DNA of 64,000 nt, from assembly GCA_028865725.1 (NCBI GenBank), contig JAGWJP010000004.1:5567-69566 (forward strand), given 5' to 3'. This document shows, in pieces, positions 22,491-32,700 of the stretch. A program made the translations under genes and the position numbers. Origin of the DNA: Patescibacteria group bacterium. Lineage in GTDB: Bacteria; Patescibacteriota; Minisyncoccia; UBA6257; JACRHW01. Under the pieces are notes generated by a model. The model was not told the origin of the DNA and made no database searches. It worked only from the letters and a program-made list of their open reading frames with translations. Every line of letters starts with the position of its first letter. The stretch's first letter is position 1.

Positions 22491-22890
22491 GTTTTGCCAC
22501 TCGGGAGTAGGACTTTTGCGTGGAGCAGAAAATGAACTTCTTTTTGGCATATGCTTCTGGTTTCGTTGTATGTCTCTGGATAGGAACCAAAGAAACCAAT
22601 CGTGCAAAGTCGTGTAGCCTCTATGGAATGCTTGTTGAAAGTATGTTAGACTCCCAACCCTTTTTGTCTAACTCACCCCCAGCCTTATCCGGTAATTTAT
22701 CCTTCATCTAACGATCGTCAGATAAGGGATAATAATAAATACGACACGAAACACGCATAAGGTTTTTTACATAGCTAATCCAGGACCCGTGAGCCTCAAT
22801 TCATACCAGACAGTTCGATCATACATCTTATGTTCTATGATCCATGGTTGAGTGACAAATAGATTAAGATACACTATAATCGTGATAATT

Positions 22891-23433
22891 ATGGATACGG
22901 CACGTAACAAGCGCAATATTGAGGCACTTCTCTTTGTGCATGGAGAGCCCCTCACTCTTAAAAAAATAGGAGCAGTCTTGGAAATTTCAGAGGAAGAAGT
23001 GCGCCGCGTGGTGGATGAGCTTGTGCATGAATATGCAGAGAGAGGTATTGTGATTACCGAGCAGGCAGGAGAAGTTGCATTTTCCACACATCCTGCTACG
23101 AGCGAGAATGTCCTTTCGTTTATCGGGCGCGTGCTTGAAGATCCGCTTACTCCTGCGGCGCTTGAGACGTTATCTATTATTGCGTACTGCGGACCCCTTG
23201 CGAAGATTGATATTGATGAAATGCGCGGAGTGAATTCTTATTTCATATTGAAAAATTTGTCAGTACGCGGATTGATTGAAAAAACGGAGGATAGAGCAAA
23301 AAATATGGTTTATGATATTACGCTTGACGCATTGCGTCATTTGGGTGTGTCCCGCAAAGAAGAGCTTACTTCGTATGAAGAGTTTCGCACGCGATTGAAC
23401 GAAATTCGAATCACAGGCGGAAAAACGGAGTAG
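22891..23433 (+). CDS. scpB: Segregation and condensation protein B
   Basis: IEALLF..GEP, L..AALETLSIIAY..P, I...RGVNS. Confidence 0.95.
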   Translation: MDTARNKRNIEALLFVHGEPLTLKKIGAVLEISEEEVRRVVDELVHEYAERGIVITEQAGEVAFSTHPATSENVLSFIGRVLEDPLTPAALETLSIIAYCGPLAKIDIDEMRGVNSYFILKNLSVRGLIEKTEDRAKNMVYDITLDALRHLGVSRKEELTSYEEFRTRLNEIRITGGKTE

Positions 23434-23517
23434 GATGAGATGTGAGGTGTCATGATTTTCGTTCGCGGTGTGGTTGCGGGGTATGGTATATGCTGCGCGC
23501 ATTAGTTTTTACGATTT

Positions 23518-24579
23518 ATGGAACAAAAAGATTGTCCTACACACGAAGATATGTCTCGCGGTTCTCATGAGAATATCAAAGAACAAGGAACACATACGCA
23601 TGCTGCAATGGGTAGTGTGGTGTTGCGCATAGGCCTCACGGTATGCGTGGGGTTGAGTGTGTGGGTCATGGGAAGCAGCTGGTATGCTTCTCGCGTTTCT
23701 GTGCGTGGGGAGGGGCTCAAGAACATGGGCGTTGAGAGTATGACAGGCTCAAGCACCGTGCGCGACAGTGCGCGACTGGCCCCGCTTGAACAGCCCGACT
23801 TTTCATCGGCACGCCCTCCGCTCACCGCGCTTATTAGTAACTTCGATACTCTTCCAATGCAGATCGAAGCACAAGCCGTACTTGTTGCCGATCTTACTAC
23901 GCACGTTGAACTCTTTGAAAAGAATCCCGACAAAGTATGGCCCATTGCCTCCATTACCAAACTTCTTACCGCATCTGCAGCTGAAGAGCTTGCCACGAGC
24001 ACGAGCATGGTTACCATTACCGATCACGCACTTACTGTGGAAGGTGTCGCGGGAAATCTTGAAGCAGGTGAGCAATTCAAGCTCCACGATCTTATTCAAT
24101 TAATGTTATTCGTGTCTTCAAATAGAGCTGCGGAGGCGATTGGTGATGCGTTTAGCCCTAATCTTTTACCAAAGATCCAAGCTATTATTGACGGGCTTGG
24201 GCTTACGCATACTCACATTGGAGAGGTGACAGGACTTTCACCGCAGAACGTATCAACTCCACGCGAATTAAAAAGTATAGTAGAATACGTATACGAGGTG
24301 CACCCGGAGCTTCTCCGCATGACTATCCCGAAAGAAATCATCGTGGATTCATCGCTCAAAACGCACAAGCTGATCAATATCGACTATCTTTCTTTGCATC
24401 CCGATCTCGGGTTTTTAGGGGGAAAAACAGGGACGATTGATCAGTCGGGAGAGAATATCGTTGCGGTGTTTGCGTACCATAATCATCAAATTGCCGTGAT
24501 CTTGCTAGGGAGCAATGATAGGTTTAATGAAGTGATGCACCTTCTTGAGTGGGTAAAACGAGCTTATATTTTTCGATAA
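23518..24579 (+). CDS. D-alanyl-D-alanine carboxypeptidase (peptidase S11)
   Basis: PIASITKL (SxxK), SSN (SxN), GGKTG; N-terminal TM. Confidence 0.9.
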   Translation: MEQKDCPTHEDMSRGSHENIKEQGTHTHAAMGSVVLRIGLTVCVGLSVWVMGSSWYASRVSVRGEGLKNMGVESMTGSSTVRDSARLAPLEQPDFSSARPPLTALISNFDTLPMQIEAQAVLVADLTTHVELFEKNPDKVWPIASITKLLTASAAEELATSTSMVTITDHALTVEGVAGNLEAGEQFKLHDLIQLMLFVSSNRAAEAIGDAFSPNLLPKIQAIIDGLGLTHTHIGEVTGLSPQNVSTPRELKSIVEYVYEVHPELLRMTIPKEIIVDSSLKTHKLINIDYLSLHPDLGFLGGKTGTIDQSGENIVAVFAYHNHQIAVILLGSNDRFNEVMHLLEWVKRAYIFR

Positions 24580-24582
24580 CGT

Positions 24583-25626
24583 ATGCTATTAATTCAAGCG
24601 ATTCGTCTTTTAACTCTTGGGACGCTTTCTTTTTTGTTTGCCATGCTTGTTTCAGGTCCCGTGCTTCACATCTTAAAGAATTATCAATTTGGCAAACAAA
24701 TACGTCCAGAGGCGGATGCGCCTGTTTTTGCCAAGTTTCATAAAAAGAAAGAAGGAACCCCTACGATGGGCGGGGTGATTATATGGGGTACCACGCTTGC
24801 TCTTGCGATCTTGTTTGGAATCGGCAACTACCTTTTTAATGGTGTATTTCACCATCTCAATTTTATCAATCGCGCCGAAACCTACTTGCCGCTTGCCGCA
24901 CTTTTTTTTGCCGCGGTCGTAGGACTTGTTGACGATCTTATGGGTGTATTGAAATGGGGACCGAAAGGAGGAGGGTTAAGCATGAAAGGAAAACTGGTAT
25001 TGTATGTCGCGATTGCCGCGCTGGGATCATTATGGTTTTATTTTCGTCTCGGGTGGAACACTATGCATATTCCACTGTGGGGCGATCTTACGATAGGCGT
25101 GTGGTATATCCCCTTATTTATTTTCGTGCTTACCGCATCTGCGTTTTCAACGAATGAGACAGACGGATTGGATGGTCTCGCGGCAGGAGTGTTGATGTGT
25201 TCGTTCGCAGCGCTTGGCGTCGTCGCATTTGCAAATCACAAATATGATCTTTCCGCCTTTATCGTGGTATTGGTGGGAGCTCTTGTTGCATTTTTATGGA
25301 ATAATGTGTATCCGGCAAAATTCTTTATGGGAGACACGGGTGCTATGTCGCTTGGCATCGTCCTTGGCATTATTGCGATGCTGACGAATACCGTACTTCT
25401 TCTTCCTTTTTTCAGTTTTATTTTAGTCGTGGAATCGTTATCGGTAATTATCCAAATGGCAAGCAAAAAGTTTCGTCACAAAAAAGTATTTTTTTCGACG
25501 CCTATTCATCATCATTTTGAGGCATTGGGGTTTCCTGAAACGAACATTACGATGAAATTTTGGATTATCTCAGGAATTTCTGCGGGGCTGGGATTGATCA
25601 TCTTTTTTCTTGACAAATATCACTAG
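24583..25626 (+). CDS. mraY: Phospho-N-acetylmuramoyl-pentapeptide transferase
   Basis: KEGTPTMGG, GLVDD, TDGLDGLA, FMGDTG, PIHHHFE. Confidence 0.97.
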   Translation: MLLIQAIRLLTLGTLSFLFAMLVSGPVLHILKNYQFGKQIRPEADAPVFAKFHKKKEGTPTMGGVIIWGTTLALAILFGIGNYLFNGVFHHLNFINRAETYLPLAALFFAAVVGLVDDLMGVLKWGPKGGGLSMKGKLVLYVAIAALGSLWFYFRLGWNTMHIPLWGDLTIGVWYIPLFIFVLTASAFSTNETDGLDGLAAGVLMCSFAALGVVAFANHKYDLSAFIVVLVGALVAFLWNNVYPAKFFMGDTGAMSLGIVLGIIAMLTNTVLLLPFFSFILVVESLSVIIQMASKKFRHKKVFFSTPIHHHFEALGFPETNITMKFWIISGISAGLGLIIFFLDKYH

Positions 25627-25687
25627 AAGAGTTGATTTTCTTTTGTGATCATGATATCAATAACTATTCTGAATGGAGGAGGTAGAC

Positions 25688-26173
25688 ATGACTATTAAAT
25701 CCAGCAGTACTGCAAGGAAGCTTGTTATTCCGCTCCCCGTGAGTAGCATGGGGACTGTCACCACACGATCACTTCGTTGGTGCAAGGAGCTTCATGCCGC
25801 ACTAAATCCATTGTTGCAATACAAGCTTCAGGATGGAAGTGCTGCAGTAGGGTGGTATGTCTTTGCTGGCCATAATGATTTGGTGGCGTTAGGTGGTACT
25901 AGTTTTGAAGAAACTTTGGAGCGGCCTTTGATATGGAATTGTGTACCCAAAGAACATAGAAATCGTGTAGTATGCAAGATAGTGCTTTTTTCTGAGGCGT
26001 GCATCTGTGAGAGAGAAGAGTGGTTTATACTTGAAGATTTTTTTGCGGATGCCGCAGGCGCGAGAGAAAAGTTTGCGCGCGTGATAGCGCACCTTGAGCA
26101 GCACGCAGTGCCGCCGGTGGCACCTCAAAATATCGTGCGCGCTCTTGCTGCGCTCAAAAGGAACGAGAAATAG
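25688..26173 (+). CDS. Orphan hypothetical protein
   Basis: GGAGGAGG before ATG 25688; terminator after. Confidence 0.6.
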   Translation: MTIKSSSTARKLVIPLPVSSMGTVTTRSLRWCKELHAALNPLLQYKLQDGSAAVGWYVFAGHNDLVALGGTSFEETLERPLIWNCVPKEHRNRVVCKIVLFSEACICEREEWFILEDFFADAAGAREKFARVIAHLEQHAVPPVAPQNIVRALAALKRNEK

Positions 26174-26190
26174 AGAATTACTAACGTCAC

Positions 26191-26214
26191 GAACCCATCG
26201 GGGGTTCTTTTTTT
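26191..26214 (+). terminator. Rho-independent terminator
   Basis: GAACCC-ATCGG-GGGTTC + T7. Confidence 0.75.
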
Positions 26215-26281
26215 GACGCGCGGGAGGTACCAGTAGTATGATTGGGTAAAGGTTAATCTTGATAGGACTACGTTATTTTGT

Positions 26282-27604
26282 ATGTTAGACGTTAAATTTA
26301 TTAGGGAACATCAGGACGAGGTACAAACCGCTGCGCGAAACAAGGGTATTGATTTAGATGTAGCGGAGCTGTTGCGGTGTGACGTGGCGCAAAGCACGCT
26401 TTTGCATGAGATTGAGAATCTAAAAAAGCAAAAGAATGAATTGAATGATGCCATGAAGTCAGCCAAAGACGGCGAAGAACGCGCAGTAATTATCGAAAAA
26501 GGAAAAGCGGTGAAAGAACAACTGGACGCATTGGAACCACAATATCGCGAAGCACTTGCCGCATTTCGTGCGTTTATGGTGCAGGTGCCCACTATTCCTT
26601 CTTCCGATACTCCGATAGGAAAGAATGGAGATGATAATGTAGAGATTATGCGCTGGGGTGCAAGTCATGAATTTGATTTCATCCCAAAAGATTATAGTCA
26701 ACTCGGAAAAGATTTGGATCTCATTGATATGGAAAAGGGCGCGAGGGTGGCGGGATTTCGCGGATATTATCTCAAAAACGATGGTGTCTCGCTTGTGATG
26801 GCAATGATGATGTACGCGATCAATAAAATGATTGCCAAAGGCTATAAGCCATTTATCCCCCCCACGCTTGTGAACGGGTTTGCGTTATTTGGCAGCGGTT
26901 ATTTTAAGGGGTTGGAGTATAATCCTGAGATCGATGAGATTTATCAGATTGCGTCAACGGACAAAGAAGCGACAGGCGAGACAAGTAAAGAGAAAAAGTT
27001 CTTGGTGGGAACCGCAGAGCCATCCCTGCTTGCATATTATGCCGATGAAGTATTGAAAGAGGAAGATTTGCCGATACGCGTATTTGGATTTAGTCCGTGT
27101 TATCGAAGCGAAATTGGCAGTTATGGAAAAGACACGAAAGGAATGTATCGTGTACATGAGTTTATGAAAGTGGAACAGGTGGTGGTCACTAAAGCAAACG
27201 TCGAAGAATCAACCTTGCTTCAAGAGGAAATGGTGGCAATTGCAAAGGAGATCCATGAGGATCTTGGGTTGCCCTATCGGGTAGTTCAGATTTGTACCGG
27301 CGACATGTCCGCGGGAAAATATCGGGCATTTGATATCGAGGCATGGCTTCCAGGATCACAACGTTGGGCAGAGACAGGTTCCGCAAGCAATTTCCTTGAT
27401 TGGCAGGCGCGCAGATTGAATATTAAATATGTGGATACCAAAGGAAATAAAAAATTTGCTTATTTGTTAAACGATACCGCCCTTCCTTCTGTGCGTCCGT
27501 TTCTTGCTATTCTCGAAAACTATCAGCAACAAGATGGCTCTGTGATTGTTCCGGAAGTTCTCCGTCCTTATATGCACGGAAAGGAAATTATAACGCCGTG
27601 GTAA
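26282..27604 (+). CDS. serS: Serine--tRNA ligase
   Basis: N-terminal coiled coil, GTAEP, CYRSEIG, RVHEFMKVEQ, ENYQQ.DG.V.VPEVL. Confidence 0.97.
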   Translation: MLDVKFIREHQDEVQTAARNKGIDLDVAELLRCDVAQSTLLHEIENLKKQKNELNDAMKSAKDGEERAVIIEKGKAVKEQLDALEPQYREALAAFRAFMVQVPTIPSSDTPIGKNGDDNVEIMRWGASHEFDFIPKDYSQLGKDLDLIDMEKGARVAGFRGYYLKNDGVSLVMAMMMYAINKMIAKGYKPFIPPTLVNGFALFGSGYFKGLEYNPEIDEIYQIASTDKEATGETSKEKKFLVGTAEPSLLAYYADEVLKEEDLPIRVFGFSPCYRSEIGSYGKDTKGMYRVHEFMKVEQVVVTKANVEESTLLQEEMVAIAKEIHEDLGLPYRVVQICTGDMSAGKYRAFDIEAWLPGSQRWAETGSASNFLDWQARRLNIKYVDTKGNKKFAYLLNDTALPSVRPFLAILENYQQQDGSVIVPEVLRPYMHGKEIITPW

Positions 27605-27612
27605 GAGGTTTC

Positions 27613-28743
27613 ATGAAGAAAAATTATACGCTACGTACCTGGGTGGAAATCAACCAGACTGCATTGCGGCACAATGTGAGTCAATTCAAACATCTTCTGA
27701 AAAAGAAGACGAAGTTTGGAGCGGTCGTAAAATCGAATGCATACGGACATGGGCTTCTTACTGTCGCACAGATTTTAAAATCATACGTGGATTGGTTTTT
27801 AGTAGATACGTTTATTGAGGGCTTTCACTTAAGAAAAGCGGGGATTCGTAACAATATCTTGGTGCTTGGGCATACGCTTCCTGTGCATTTTGAATCAGCA
27901 GTTGCAGAGAATATCAGTCTTACTGTATCTCAATTCGAGAGCCTTACCCATATTATTGGAATGCGTCGTCCTCCTGCTATTCATCTTAAGTTTGATACGG
28001 GCATGCACCGCCAAGGATTTTATGCCGCACAGAGTGCCGAAGTGGGTGCGCTCTGTCGTCGCAATCCTACATGTGTGGAAGGAATTTATACTCATTTCGC
28101 AGCCGCAAAGGATATGACTTATCCGCACTATACCGCAAAGCAGCTTCGTATATTTCAAGAAATCAAGGAGGTTTTTTCTGCGCCTCAGTATCCGCATCTC
28201 ATCTCTCATGCGGCGGCATCCGGAGGGGTGCTGGTGTCCCCCGCAAGCCATTTTGATCTCGTGCGGGTAGGAATGGGGATGTACGGATACTATCCTTCCC
28301 CAGAATTAAAAGAGCAGACACGGTGGTATCTTAAAGAACCGATTCGATTAACACCTGTGTTATCGTGGAAAGCGTTGGTGTCAGAAGTAAAGCAGGTTCC
28401 TGCGGATGAGCCTATTGGCTATGATCTTACTGAATATATGACGAGTCCTACGACAATAGGCATTCTTCCTATAGGATATTGGCATGGATTTGATCGGGGA
28501 TTGTCCTCTGTAGGCGAAGTGTTGATGCATGGGATGCGTTGTGCGGTCAAAGGAAGGGTGTCTATGGATATGATTGCCGTTGCAGTGCCTACACGCACGA
28601 GAGTGTATGATGTCGCAACCCTTGTGGGTAATGATGGGCGTGAATCAATTTTTGCAGATGAGATTGCGCGAAAGCTGGGTACGAGTCCTTACGAAATACT
28701 CACGCGCATCAACCCTCTCATTGAACGAGTACTCACTCAATAA
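27613..28743 (+). CDS. alr: Alanine racemase
   Basis: AVVKSNAYGHG, HLKFDTGMHRQG, GRVSMDM. Confidence 0.97.
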   Translation: MKKNYTLRTWVEINQTALRHNVSQFKHLLKKKTKFGAVVKSNAYGHGLLTVAQILKSYVDWFLVDTFIEGFHLRKAGIRNNILVLGHTLPVHFESAVAENISLTVSQFESLTHIIGMRRPPAIHLKFDTGMHRQGFYAAQSAEVGALCRRNPTCVEGIYTHFAAAKDMTYPHYTAKQLRIFQEIKEVFSAPQYPHLISHAAASGGVLVSPASHFDLVRVGMGMYGYYPSPELKEQTRWYLKEPIRLTPVLSWKALVSEVKQVPADEPIGYDLTEYMTSPTTIGILPIGYWHGFDRGLSSVGEVLMHGMRCAVKGRVSMDMIAVAVPTRTRVYDVATLVGNDGRESIFADEIARKLGTSPYEILTRINPLIERVLTQ

Positions 28744-28892
28744 GATAATACGGCTATTACGGAACTATCTGATCATGCGATAAGGCTGTTTTATCAGGCA
28801 ATCATGACTACTGAAAAAAATAATGAAGAAATACCGCCCGCGAGCCGGTTCTTTGTTTGTACTCAAGATGCACGGATTGTTATAATAGGAGT

Positions 28893-29714
28893 ATGAAATC
28901 CTATGTACCTCCCCATATACGGCGGCGCGAAATGATCTACAGACGTATCCGTGTGGCAGCGTATGTGTTGTGCGGTGCGGGGTGCGGTATCGCGATTTGG
29001 TATGTTCTTTTTTTAAGCCCTCTTTTTTTGATTACGCATCTTACTGTTTCACCCGAGAACGGCGCGTGGTTTAATGCGGCGCAGCATATTCTTGAAAAGA
29101 AACGGATAGTGGGAGGCATGGTTCCAGGAAATAATATGCTTTTTTTTCGTGAAAGCGATTTTGAAGAATTACGCATGGGGCACCCCGAGTTAAAAGACAT
29201 CACTATGAGTAAAGATTTTTTTCATCATACGCTACACATTACACTTACCATGCGTTCTCCCGCTGGTGTGTGGTGCGGCGATGGTCGATGTGCTGTGTTT
29301 GACGGAGATGGAGTACTTTATAGAAGCCTTATGGATGGAGAAGCCTCGAGTTCTGTGGGGATTGTAGTTGAAGATTCAGATCAATTTGTTTCTCTTCTTA
29401 CAAGTAGTTCTTCATCGTCTGAAGTACGGAAACAAATTCTTGATACGGTTATTACCACGCAGGATATTACTCTGTTTAAGGACTTAGGAGCGCTTTTTAC
29501 GGAGCTTGGTATGGGAACGAGTACTGTAGTGCGAGAGAATGCATCTGCACGAGATGTCGTGTTTAAGTTTCCTGGATCTTATATTGTAATTATCAATAAA
29601 GAAGAGTCATTTGAGGAGGTACGTGTTACTCTCCTTGCCGCAAAAGGACGTCTCGATCTTGTGCATGCGCATTTCATTGATTTGCGCATCCCGCAACGGA
29701 TTTATATCCAATAA
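28893..29714 (+). CDS. FtsQ/DivIB-like cell division protein
   Basis: Basic N-terminus, single TM, POTRA-like region, C-terminal IDLRIP.RIY. Confidence 0.65.
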   Translation: MKSYVPPHIRRREMIYRRIRVAAYVLCGAGCGIAIWYVLFLSPLFLITHLTVSPENGAWFNAAQHILEKKRIVGGMVPGNNMLFFRESDFEELRMGHPELKDITMSKDFFHHTLHITLTMRSPAGVWCGDGRCAVFDGDGVLYRSLMDGEASSSVGIVVEDSDQFVSLLTSSSSSSEVRKQILDTVITTQDITLFKDLGALFTELGMGTSTVVRENASARDVVFKFPGSYIVIINKEESFEEVRVTLLAAKGRLDLVHAHFIDLRIPQRIYIQ

Positions 29715-29731
29715 CAATACTCGTGCGTTAC

Positions 29732-29772
29732 AAAAAACGACCCAGTGCACCACCTGGATCGTTTGTTTTTTA
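29732..29772. terminator. Bidirectional terminator between convergent genes
   Basis: AAAAAACGA.CCAG...CTGG.TCGTTT imperfect hairpin with A- and T-tracts. Confidence 0.6.
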
Positions 29773-29798
29773 TATGACGTGTTGTTCTCCGGTGTTTT

Positions 29799-30227
29799 TT
29801 AAGGTTTCAATTTGTGATACAAAGAATCGCTGCAGAGATAAAGCGTCACAAAAAGGAAAGAGAGCAAACCCATGCCAATGAGTATATCCCCGATACTTAC
29901 CGTTATTGATATAGAAAAATTGCGGATAAACGGATTAGTGTTCGTGATACACACATTAATAAAGTCACAAAGTAGGGGAAGTTGTGTAGTATTTCCTCCC
30001 ACACAATGAGTACTAATCTCTCCGTTTTGTAGCATATCCCCAGCCAGTAGATAGACTGGCATTTTGTTGTGATTTGCGTACCGTACCGAAAAATTGAGTA
30101 TGCCACCCAACGCGACCAAACATAACGGAATTGCAAAAGCGGGATCTACTTCTCTTGCAAAAAAGATAGCGCCCATCATGATGAAAATGACCGTAAGGAC
30201 GGCGTATACAACGAGCATTGTATCCAC
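29799..30227 (-). CDS. DUF5317-like membrane protein
   Basis: G..LN..V..AN..KMPV ... T.L..L.D ... SIGDILI..G. Confidence 0.7.
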   Translation of the reverse strand: MDTMLVVYAVLTVIFIMMGAIFFAREVDPAFAIPLCLVALGGILNFSVRYANHNKMPVYLLAGDMLQNGEISTHCVGGNTTQLPLLCDFINVCITNTNPFIRNFSISITVSIGDILIGMGLLSFLFVTLYLCSDSLYHKLKP

Positions 30228-30291
30228 TTCTCTTTCGTGAGATGAGGAGCTATTTTTTTATATCACGCATCAAACAAGGAGTCCAGCAATA

Positions 30292-32073
30292 TTATGGAAT
30301 ATGGTAGATGAAGATTGAAGCTCCTGCACGTGCAATAGGAGTATATTTTTTTAGCCATGCATAAGAGTTGTCAGTCGTAAGAGGGGGCTCGGCAGGAGAG
30401 GAAGCAAGCTGGAGCTTATTAACAGAGATCGCAAAGAATCCTTGGGGCACGCCTTTCGCGCTCCACCACGGTTCGAATGCGCCCCCTAAATAGTAGGAAG
30501 GAGAGCCTCCTCCAAAATAATCTACTGCAATGTGATCGACATGGTGTGTGTGTGTCCATGCCGCAAGGCGCTTGAGGTCTTGGCCCCAATCGTAATTTGA
30601 ATCAGTTACAATATGATAGCCGCTCCATGTTCCTCCCGCAAACTCATTGAAATACGAGAGAAAGAGCGGTGCAGCGGAAAATGTTTCTACGCAGTACCAC
30701 ACAAGAAGAAGAATAATACTGATAAGGCGTATGCCGTTTTTCTTAAATTCGATAATGATTTCTTGGAATCCTCCTACCGGTTTCCATGCGGTCCACTGTT
30801 TGAGTTCTTTTGCGGTGAGCATGTAAAAAAACGGGATGGTGGGGAGGATGTGGCGAAGACCGATGTTTAAGTTGGACGCCATTGCATTTGCAAAATACAG
30901 TACTGCAAACAGAAGCATGGTAAATTCAGTAAAATGGAAACGGATAAAAGAATGGATTACGCGCCCCCACATGCGCGGTGCGCATCTCATCAGTGAAGAA
31001 AGGCTGAGCAGGAATGCCCACCCCATCAGGATAAGACTTGGAATTGGTTCTTTGTAAAAAAAGACTACGGGAAAGTAGTACCAATGCGCAAAGTTGGCAA
31101 CATTCCCAAGGAAATAGGCGGTATTACCCCCCACTGTCCGCTGGACGACCATTGCCACGCCGAGAAAATATTCTCCAAAAGGACGAAGGAAGGAAGAGGA
31201 TGCCATTGTAATAATGGCATGAGTAAGAAGCGGGTTATTGATTCCTGATAACAGTGTGGCAGTGTCGGCGATTTGGCGATAAATGGGGTAGTGAAGTGTG
31301 GTCAGGAAGTAGGGGATGTAGATTGTGACGCCGGCAATGAGAAAGACCCACACGAGCATCGCAAGATAGGTGCGTCGAGAGTAACGATGTGTCGTAAGAG
31401 CGTGGATGATCACAAGGAGCACAAAGAACGGAGGGAGAAGAATCGTTGAGAATTTCATCAATTCTGCGATTCCCAATGCAATTCCAGCACGAATGACATT
31501 GCCGCGGCTGTTCTCCTCTAAAAGGTGGCAGAAAAAGTAGAGGCCTATTACAAATCCAAACACTGCGGCTACATCAGTCGTCACATAGTGTCCGTTACCA
31601 AGAAAGTTTGGAGAAAATAGAGTAAGAAGTGCAGGGAGAAGCGCCCACCATGTTCCTAGGAATTCCGAAGACCATACATAGATGAAAATACCGAGGACGA
31701 GCGTGAGGAGAATGGGGGCAAGCCGTGCGACAAAGAGAATGGTGTCCGCATTGTTTCCTGAATTGTAGAGAAACTGGGTTCCCATATCCCATTGTCCATT
31801 GACTTCGGTGGTCCAACTTTTGTCATTTGTCGGAAAATTGAGATGGAGGAAAAGTAGGGGAAAGGCCGCAGCTGCTTTTAGCAAGGGCGGGTGTTCAGGG
31901 TTCAAGCGATAGTCAAGCTGGCTTACATATCCGTATCCCGCAGGAATATGAGCCTGTTCATCTGCGATTGCAGAGTCTCCGCGTGCGGCAATCAGCATGA
32001 GTATGAGTGCGGTGAGGACAATGAGCACCAGAATATAAGAGGGTATGCGTCGGATAAGGGTAACAAGAAACAT
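30292..32073 (-). CDS. GT-C (PMT/ArnT-like) membrane glycosyltransferase
   Basis: DE.AH, NPEHPPL.K, K.S, GLRHILP, DSNYDWGQDL; many TM segments. Confidence 0.85.
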   Translation of the reverse strand: MFLVTLIRRIPSYILVLIVLTALILMLIAARGDSAIADEQAHIPAGYGYVSQLDYRLNPEHPPLLKAAAAFPLLFLHLNFPTNDKSWTTEVNGQWDMGTQFLYNSGNNADTILFVARLAPILLTLVLGIFIYVWSSEFLGTWWALLPALLTLFSPNFLGNGHYVTTDVAAVFGFVIGLYFFCHLLEENSRGNVIRAGIALGIAELMKFSTILLPPFFVLLVIIHALTTHRYSRRTYLAMLVWVFLIAGVTIYIPYFLTTLHYPIYRQIADTATLLSGINNPLLTHAIITMASSSFLRPFGEYFLGVAMVVQRTVGGNTAYFLGNVANFAHWYYFPVVFFYKEPIPSLILMGWAFLLSLSSLMRCAPRMWGRVIHSFIRFHFTEFTMLLFAVLYFANAMASNLNIGLRHILPTIPFFYMLTAKELKQWTAWKPVGGFQEIIIEFKKNGIRLISIILLLVWYCVETFSAAPLFLSYFNEFAGGTWSGYHIVTDSNYDWGQDLKRLAAWTHTHHVDHIAVDYFGGGSPSYYLGGAFEPWWSAKGVPQGFFAISVNKLQLASSPAEPPLTTDNSYAWLKKYTPIARAGASIFIYHIP

Positions 32074-32213
32074 AATACTAAAATTATTGTTATGCGATGC
32101 GGATATTTGTACAAATGTGGAAAAATGAGCGTTCGCTTTTTTACACGTGTTGCATTATACTAATCATATAGTGATAGTATACGGGATTTGTTTATTTTTT
32201 AATAGAGTTATTT

Positions 32214-32693
32214 ATGCAGGAACAACAATCATTGCAAAATCTTGAGCGGCAAATGGCGGTACTTCAGGAAGAGATACAAGCACGCAAACGTGAGCTTCAG
32301 AAGCAACGGGAGGCTGAAGGAGAAGTATCTCCTATGCCGCACGACAAAGATATCGCACACGAAGTGATAGGAAAAAAATTAGAAGCGGCTCAAAAAGCAC
32401 TTCCCCGCTCGCCCGAAAATCCGTTTGCTTCTGCCGAGGAAGAGTCACGAGACGTGGGTGCGGGTCTTCGTCCTCAAAAGCTTCATCAAGAGCAACCCTC
32501 GTACGAATCTCCCGAGCTTGTGGATCCTTTGCGGCCATTTCAAGAACTTGTGGTGCGGCAGAATCTTGATACGGCGATGAGTGCCATTGCAGCAACTCGC
32601 AATCCTGCGCTTATTGATGCGTTTCATGATTGGCTGGTAGAGCAGGCTTATCAATTTTTAGTGAAAAAAGGCGATCTTGATATAGTGGTGTAA
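32214..32693 (+). CDS. Hypothetical protein (coiled-coil N-terminus)
   Basis: Clean ORF 7 nt upstream of the ATPase; NPALIDAFHD.L motif. Confidence 0.7.
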   Translation: MQEQQSLQNLERQMAVLQEEIQARKRELQKQREAEGEVSPMPHDKDIAHEVIGKKLEAAQKALPRSPENPFASAEEESRDVGAGLRPQKLHQEQPSYESPELVDPLRPFQELVVRQNLDTAMSAIAATRNPALIDAFHDWLVEQAYQFLVKKGDLDIVV

Positions 32694-32700
32694 CTTCTTA

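Noticed and set aside
22491-22850. Short ORFs on both strands between the orphan terminator and scpB
   Set aside because: Multiple stops and no clear start signals; probably a decayed remnant that I could not assign
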